Part shown: positions 55,183 to 64,000 of the stretch, piece by piece
Position numbering within the stretch: position 1 is the first letter of the stretch
Layout of the letters: every line of letters begins with the position of its first letter
NCBI GenBank assembly: GCA_951406725.2
Contig: OX597821.1
Span: 15,686,001 to 15,750,000, forward strand
Source: Octopus vulgaris
Lineage: Eukaryota
DNA: 64,000 nucleotides
Direction of reading: 5' to 3'
Position numbers and translations under genes: made by a program
The notes under the pieces: model-generated
The model's input: only the letters and a program-made list of their open reading frames with translations
Databases searched by the model: none
Told to the model about the DNA's origin: nothing

Positions 55183-58100
55183 TACATGCATGTATATATA
55201 TACATATACTTACATACATGTATATATATATATGCATATGCATACATATATGTGCATATATTTACATATAAAAATACACACACACCCACGAACACACAAA
55301 CATATATAAATCACACGCACATATATAGCACACACACATATATAAATCAAATTTAAGATAAATTGGATACTGTATGCAAAATTTTAATAAATGTTAGCGA
55401 TTTTATGTCGACATCATAATGGAATATAGAGCAGAGAATTTTATTATAAGTAAAAGTGTGAACAGATTTGCTAAAATTTCGCCAGTTTGAAATATCAAAA
55501 GTGCTTTTATAATAGCAGAAGTGTACTTTCGAACAACCATCATACAGTTGAATTAAATGTGAACTTTTTATGCTTTAAAAGTAATTTACATTGCATTAAG
55601 ATACATTTAAATAGTGTTATGCAAATTTGCAAAAAAATAAATCTTTTTTCTGACACTTGACCAATTACTTGTATGACAAGCTAAAATTCCCAAATGCAAA
55701 AGAAATGCGTCTTGTACGCAATTAGCAGAGGTCGAAAACCTTTAATCATAATTAATTCAATTAACAAAACAAATAAGGCTACGAGAAAAAGCTTTCAATT
55801 AAATTAGAGCTGATTTAAAGTGCATTACATTTCCAAACTTTAACGGAGAAAAAAATTTGTGCACTTAGTTGTCATAGTGGTAAATAGTATGAAATATATC
55901 AAATCATTGTTGTCATCATAACGTTACAGTAAACGAAGAGGGCAGCAATCAGAGCTGTGATGAAAAAAAATTGCTATATTAGAAGTATATGCCGTGCAGA
56001 TAGGTTTGTAGTGGTGATAGTGGTGATGGTGGTGGTGTTGTTGGTGGCATGCGACATTTCATTTCAAGCTGTGGCAGATATATTTGTAATCGTGCTGAAA
56101 ATATTGATATTGGAAGTGGAATCAGAAGAATGAAAATAAGAAGTGTCAGTAAAATATAGTAGTGTTGTGATAATTTGTGGTTGATTTTGATGCTGTTCAA
56201 AGTAATTATTACTGATTCACGGTGTCTTGAGGTATTCTGGTTCATATTAGTGTAAAAGTTGGTAATGGTAAGGATTTTTCTCGTGGCTGTAGGAGATAGA
56301 AAAGTCGTGATAAAATTAGACGGGAACAAAGGAGAGAAATATTTCAGAGTATAAAATCGACGGTATTAACACCTGCAAATAAAATACTGCCAGTTTCTGG
56401 AAGGCCTACCGTGTTTCGCCACTGTTTTATATTTCGCTGTCTGTAAGGTTTGATTGGGTACTTCATATAAACTCTGATTACAATTATCTATATATGTTTC
56501 GCACAAAACATTTTTTACACTGGTAAAAGAAAAAAAAACAAATAATTGTATTATAGGCATGCAGTACAGTAACTGAAACGGAGATATATATTTTAGCCTC
56601 CTTCATATTTTGTGGTGTCATATTTGTCGATTCCCTACTTTACGTTTATTACTCCTATTCCAGATCCTATACGACCACTGAAGAAAAGAAGAACAAGTAG
56701 ATGGAAGTCAAAATTCTCTTTGACTACAACTATTCATATAAAGTAGATAATTTTATTCACAATAGGAAGTCACACTGTATTTTGGCTACCTTTTAAATAT
56801 TATTGATTTATGTTTCATACAGAAAAAAGGTAAATTTTAATAGTATTTAGTAATGAGATGTGTTAATTGCTTCTGAACAGCGAGTGGCATTGTTTGGGCA
56901 AGTAGTTTTTTTTGTTTTTTTACCATGATTTAATGCCAAGATTAACATTAATAAATACATTGTTCTAATAATAGCAATAGCAACAACAATAATAATTATA
57001 ATGTCTTACGCTAATACTAATACTAAGGAAATAATCATACTAAAATCAATAATTATTTTTCTAACACTTCTTTCTTTCTTTTTCTTTTTCTTATTGCTAT
57101 GATGAAAAAAATAAGGCGCCGAGCGTGTTGAATTAAAACCGCGTCGGAAACAATTTAAATACTTGCTAATGTTTATTTCACTGTATAATCACTATATTTA
57201 TGTCTTCTTATTAAAATATTGTACCTCTATGTGTTGGACCCCTGTGATGCCGATGACTTTCTTAGTTCTTAGTTGAGATTTCATCCCCGTCGATTTTGCA
57301 TTAGAACCTTCGCTGACCGATAAAATACGATGTAAAGGACTCCCCCACCCTTAAAATGCACTGGCCTTGTGTTAGATAAGAAAGCATAAATAATAATAAT
57401 AAGAAAAATAATAATAGCAATAATAATATTAATAATCATAATTAGAAGAAATAGAAGAAGGATTGTTTACCATTGTCTACAAATCCGCTCATCGAGGAAT
57501 GATAACTGGTAACAGAGTACAGAAAAATTTAAAAAAAGAAAAATATGGTGTAAAATCAAATTGCACCATAGAATGAACACTTGCAACAAAACCGTGATAG
57601 ACAATTTCGTCGTACAAGAAACAATTTCAAATATTATGTTGAATCTTCTTAATATAAGCATATACGATAAGAAAATATCTATAAACTCAGTAACGTCAAG
57701 CTTTGCGCATATGCACTCACATGAATATATTTAGTTCCATCAAATAAATGTTTTTAACTATGAAACTGCTGAAGACTTGCTAATGTGTACAATCACTGTA
57801 TTTGTTTCTTCTTATTTAAATATTGTACCGCTATGAGATGGATCCCTGTGATGACGATGAGGTTCTTCTACCAAAGTTCCACATCTCAGAGACTAAATGT
57901 TCTTCAAGGAAGATGCACGGTGACCAGATTATCGCAAATTTCTACAACAAACTGCATCTGTCTCCATATGTAATGAAACTATAGGAGTAATGCTAACGAC
58001 TTGTCAAAGTCACTCGTAATAATACGATCGACGAAGCAAAATAACCGCTTCTTATTTCTATTTCCAATATCTTCTAGGCTTTTTTTTTTCTTGGAAATGA

Positions 58101-60818
58101 GAGATGAAATGCTGAGCAAGTTCATTCAAATGTTATAATATAAAACGCTGGTGCGACACTAGGGCTACAAAATGCTTGATATTCTTAATATGGAATAAAA
58201 GCAAATATTGGCAAGAAGCCAAGTGACTACAAATGTCGCTGTTTTCAAAATAAATGAATCTTTCTATCATGTACATATACAGACGCACATATATGCATGT
58301 ACACTGACACATGCTCGCACACTCACGCACGCATGTTACTGGCATTTCAGGTTGCATTCACCGTCTGGTATATTTTTATTGTATTCTTACAGGATGCTCT
58401 GAAGCCACACGCCTCACTAAACAAGCTGATATGGGTTGCTTGCAGAGACAACTGCAGACATTTCGCTGGATAGAAACCACACATAAACGGTGATTAGAAG
58501 ATCTTTGCTATACAGATATGTATACACGTAGAAATTGCATTCACGCTCTTTATAAGCTGGAACAAATTTAGACATTTATTAACATATATCACCCAATGTC
58601 CTATACGCTGATAAACAAACGAAAATGGAGAAGTAAGAACAATTTCATGCTTAAATAAACAGGGAAATCTATATTGTAAAATATCAGGTTAACAGATATC
58701 TAGAAAAAATAATCGAATTGGGCATTGCATTCAAACGTATTTGAAACTAATTCATAATGCACCGAAAACTTTACCAATGGTTCCTTTTTCTTGCATAACA
58801 TGTATCAAAATGCAAGTTAAAATATTTAAAGAAGAAATTTATAAAGATTACATAATTGAAATATAGACAAAAAAGAGAACATTGAAATATAAGTCGATTA
58901 ATAAATTGATAAATATAATAGAGTGGTGAGTCGGCGTATTTACTGAAAGACAGCAATAATGAAGTAGTGTTTTTATTGGAAGTGCATAAAATCGTTTCCT
59001 CCTTAGGTGAGAATATTTATGGTGAAATAAACGTGTATTTTACGTTGTGTATAGACTTATAATGTGTATTTATTGAGTGTATTGATTCTGATAGTAGGGT
59101 TCCAAATACTCTTAAAAAATCCAACCACAAATCGATAGCATAAACAGTCCCTACATGGTCGTTGGACCTCCTACAAATTGCAACCATATTTAACTCAAGT
59201 TACATAACTTGTATCTGATATAATAAAGGGCAAATTCGACCATGTAGTCCAATACCGATGTTGGATAAAATAATGTTACATAAAAGTTCCTTATTCAATG
59301 AAAACCTTTCGACATCGCTTTGTGGGATGAAAGCTGATCTAAATGCTACACAACAGCCACAACACATATGTTACTTCACGTAAGTGGGAAATAATTAGAA
59401 AGTAGTAAACGAAATCACTTCCATATTCCTTATATCTTATACAGGAAAGACAATATCAATTATCAAAAGTTATAATGCTCCATTATGATTTAGACCTTTC
59501 ATAACTCCAACTGAATTTAATAAATCTTTCACAGCCATAAAATATATAACTTAGTAAATTCGTCTAAGAGTGTTTTATGAAAATATATTCCATGACGGTT
59601 TAAATATTACGTTTTATATGTTACATAACGTATTGCAATTTATTCGAGTTAAATCTTCTAGGTTATGGGGAGAAAATAACAGGACAATAATATAATCATG
59701 ATATTCAGAATGATTTTTGACGTGAAAAAGATTGTCTAATAAGATGATATGCTATGTAAAGCATTTTGAAATGCAGTGAAAACGTAAGTGAATTTCGAGT
59801 TTATGAAAAACACATAAACCATCAACCAAGAACTCATAAACCATCAACCAAGGACTGCAATTCAGTGTGGAATAAAAATTCCTCTTCCACCAGCAATAAT
59901 ATCTGAAGTGAGATTCTATAGTAAACTAAGTGATAGCTATGCTGATAACATTAATTGCAAGTAATACATGGTAGTAATTGGTGGCATATAGTGCAGAAAT
60001 ATATTGAACAGAATATGACAATAAAAAATACATATAATAATAATAATTCCAGATAAGAGCGCCTCTGTAGGTTGTGCAAAACTATTTTTGATTTATTTTG
60101 AAACAGCAACAATGGAAAACGTCTATAATTATGTGTAAAGAAAAATACGCTGACGAATAATAAAACTAGAGATATTGAGACAAGTTTCCGGAAAATTGCT
60201 ATTTTTCTCCGTCTCCATTTCATCGCCACATTAATTTCATTAGCTAACCAAGAATCTCTGATACAATTTCCAAGATAGCTAGCGAGACGGAATCGACATT
60301 AAAAAGAAATTATTGGCAAAGAATCCAATTAACCTAAACACTTTCAAGTAATGTTTTTAAAAATGGTGTCCGAAACTAAAGATGTTAAAAGCAAGATATA
60401 CAAAGACAATGTTGAATGTAGAAACCATTAATTTAAAATGCACAATCTTCAAAGAATCAATGGCACATAAAATTTAGATTATAGTAGCAATTATCTGGCC
60501 ATACTGCAGCTTTGTATTGAGCTCTACCATTCCGTTAGTAGAACGGACGTACATTTTGCATTCATATTAACCAACAATATACTAGATATTTCATTGTATA
60601 ACTGTATTAGATGCTCTGGTAGTTAAAATTTTTAAGTAATCGTAATCGAGCATAGATTTATAGTTATCTGTATAATCACCAGCATAGGTAGTATTGTATA
60701 CACATGCAGATATATGTGTGCATGTGTGTGTATACACAGATGTACATATGAATATACCCATAAATAATTATATAGATAATCAAATGCATACAAATACACA
60801 TGTATGTATACCCACACG

Positions 60819-60856
<38 letters not shown>

Positions 60857-61454
60857 AAATATGTATATATGGACAGATTAATAAATAGAAAGGACTATTC
60901 AAGAATAGTTCGGCAACTAAATATAGCGTGGCATATGACTTCGTCATAAATGGAATTGCGAAATCAGTGCATACTAACAAAATACATAACACCAGTTATA
61001 TTATTGAATACTAGAGGGTTCTCAGAGGAGAGCAGCAAAAGTAAAATTTCATATCGGAAGGCTATTTTCACATGTAATCAAACAATATACATAATATTTG
61101 GAGAAATGTATCTAAGTACAGACACAAATGATGCAGAGGTACACAAAAGAAAACTATGATATATTTTGTACAGACAGGAAAATGTTGAAATTGGGAAATT
61201 GTTATGTCAGTTGGTACAAATGTCACGATATTAAACTGTGTTACCCTCGAGAAATTGACGGTGTGGCATAATACTTCACATAATGCAACACGATAAGCCA
61301 ATATGTGTATCATGTAATACACCAGGAACTTCAAATCGGAGGAAATCTTTTCAATAACGAAAGAATTACAAACGAAAATAGTTTAAAATATCTGTAACCA
61401 AAAATACTACCATTGTGTACTGATTTTCTAGCTTGGTTACATGTTCATGTTTGA

Positions 61455-61810
61455 TTGGGCTGGGGTCATTCTAAGTTAGTTGTCCCAGAGGCGCCATAAT
61501 GCCTAGAGTCGAATAGGTCCACCACTGCGCCCTATCGCCCCTTTCTAACCTTGTGGGTCTGGCCTTGATACGTTCAGGGAGCTTGTGGTTTTCGTAGGCC
61601 TGAGAAAATGTTATCGTCTGGAGCTTTGCTCTGGTAGGATAACCCTAGTTGGGTGGGTCTCCCGGGTAGTTTTCAGACTAGTATTAACCCACAGCGCGTT
61701 GAATATTCACCAAGATGGTAGACTCGTCATCCACTATCCTGCGGAGGACCAAAGCGCGCCCAGAAGAAACCTCAACCTGTTACGACAACGACCAGAACAA
61801 AATCTTCACT
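61455..61810 (+). mobile_element. Probable RTE-clade 5' UTR remnant
   Basis: GC-rich island; CCTTG...GGGAGCTTG...GGAGCTTTGCTCTGGTAGG...GGTC...CAGACTA recalls RTE 5' ends (from memory, not aligned). Confidence 0.4.
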
Positions 61811-62404
61811 AATTTCATTGAATATTTACTATGTTTATTTCACGATAACGGTTTCTTCTGGTAATACCATTGTAGAAATAACAATGTAAGGTTCAAATAT
61901 AAAGCCTATTGCGCATGAGCGTCTAGAAAACTGATTGGAAATCGGTTCAAAATAGATCATTAAAACAAATTTATGCCGAAAGTTTTCCTATGAAATAGGT
62001 ATGACATATCTGAAGCCATGTCCATCAATCGAAGCCAAAACTATTATCTTTATCTTAGATTGAGCATAATTCACAAAAAAATATTATTCCTAGAGAATAT
62101 CATTTCTGCCCTTTGGTTGCATTCTCAGAACCCCATCCGTGCTCATGTTCACGTAAAATGATTCAGAAAACCTACATTTAATCCCAGTTATAAATCTTTC
62201 AATGCAAGTAATAATCTGCTATTTCATTTTACAGATGAAGAAAGAGTCCAACGATTAAACTATGTATTGCAAATAAAAAGTGAATTTCTATAGAATTCCT
62301 CCTTAGTGTTGTCACTGGAAAGCAGTTGACATGAGTTTCATGCTCGCAGTACTAAGTTCTTGTTGCATTTTCGTTTTCAAATACAATTAACATAGCTTTT
62401 TTAG

Positions 62405-62448
<44 letters not shown>

Positions 62449-62451
62449 TAC

Positions 62452-62505
<54 letters not shown>

Positions 62506-62958
62506 CATACATTCAACCAGTCATTGAAGTCAGTGCCAGAACGACAACGACCATCTTTAGTTTCAAAGACTAAAGATATTCTTCCATCAGGATAATGCTT
62601 GTGCACATACAGCGAGTATGACATCCCAAAGGCTGGATCAGTTTGAATGGGAAACTATGCCCCACCTAAAATATTCGCCGGACATTGCCCCATCTGATTC
62701 TCATTTACTCCACAGTCTTAAGAATCATTTGGACTGAAAAAAAAGGAATTCTCTAGACAAGATCAGAACTTTACTGGGGGAGTATTTTTCGTCAAGCACA
62801 AGTGAATTTTGGAAAAGAGGCCTTGAAAGGGCACAAGAGAGATCGAGGAATATTGTAGAAAATGAAGGAGAGTATATTTTAGATTAAAAACTTATTTTTA
62901 AATCTAAATTTTCAAAAATAAATGTATAATACAAGCGCATTATTTATGGGATGACACA

Positions 62959-62960
<2 letters not shown>
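62506..62960 (+). mobile_element. Mariner transposase 3' fragment with a probable right terminal repeat
   Basis: FHQDNACAH...PHLKYSPDIAPSDSHL (HDNA and YSPDLAPSD motifs); in-frame stop; ends at (TA)n. Confidence 0.88.
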
Positions 62961-62993
<33 letters not shown>

Positions 62994-63025
62994 TATATAT
63001 GTACATATATATATACACACACACA

Positions 63026-63081
<56 letters not shown>

Positions 63082-64000
63082 GTGCGTCTCTGTGTGTGTG
63101 TGTGCACACACGTACACACACATATATCATGAACCGACTTTATCGTATCTGCAGGGTATCAGTGTTGGCTAAGGCCAAGTGACTTAAGAAGAAAATGGTC
63201 CCATGTTAACAACTGAATGGTATTGCTTAAATACAGCATAACTGAAGGTATATTCTTAGGAACATTGAAATTCTTGCATTCATCAATGAATATGTGTGGC
63301 GCTAAGGGAGCTGTAACAGAAATATCTTTTGGTTATAAATCGAGACGAGACGAGACTGACTAAACTACAACTCGCTGATGCTTCAATTATTTTGTATATA
63401 AACGATTCTAATCTGTTGGGAAAATACAAGCAACCATATGTAAAAAGAAACTATTTGGAGAAATTAAATTATCACGATAGAAATAAAAATGTATACCACG
63501 ATGAAAATTGTACCAAATACGTTGTGAATAAATGGTGGAAAAGATACACATCTCGGTTAATGCGGTCATCTTGTAATGATTGATTTCCAGATATTTCTCC
63601 TCCTACTCCATTTAATCATTATTATCTGCGCCACTATTTTGAGATTAAATATATCTGAGGATGTATATAACTTTTTCGAACTGCATTTCGGATAGAAAAA
63701 GTTTTTCGGAATAAATTTAACAATTAAGGATAACTTCTTAATAAGGAATCTTAACAAGAAATTATCAGGTAGTTAGCGTGAAAAACCTCATAAGAGAAAA
63801 AATTCGAAAATAATTTTTTTCCTTTTGAACATATTAATTTATATTATATAGAGGGCATTATTACACATAAATGCCTCACACTAAGAGGGACATAAGTCAT
63901 TACTACCAAAAATTTCACTAATCATACCCAATGCAGTTGCCTGTTCGTCTTCGACGGTGTTGGTCGTTTATCTATGATGTGTTCAGAATCAGTTCTACCG

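Noticed and set aside
59813-59856. 22-bp tandem duplication CATAAACCATCAACCAAG.ACT
   Set aside because: Simple slippage duplication with no further structure.

Overview
AT-rich, microsatellite-laden eukaryotic DNA. The SINE/LINE and (TA)n/(CA)n/(AAT)n landscape suggests an octopus genome (inference, no database check). I found no convincing host protein-coding gene, and almost all short ORFs in the track are microsatellite translations. The one real long ORF is an uninterrupted, 5'-truncated CR1/L2-group LINE reverse transcriptase (34974-37334). The rest is a retroelement graveyard: three tRNA-derived SINE families (about 18 copies), RTE and R4/Dong-like LINE remnants, mariner remnants and non-autonomous Helitrons. 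Two signals stand out. (1) Several sequence-unrelated small elements inside (TA)n tracts carry minimal type I hammerhead-ribozyme folds in inverted or tandem arrangements typical of Penelope-like pseudo-LTRs or retrozymes. One has a swapped G3-C8 catalytic core, and one tandem pair is spaced 224 nt apart. (2) The LINE 3' UTR and the tail of SINE family A share a 40-nt segment whose stem-loop is kept by a compensatory change, pointing to a LINE-SINE partnership. All RNA structures were folded by eye and none is shown to be active.
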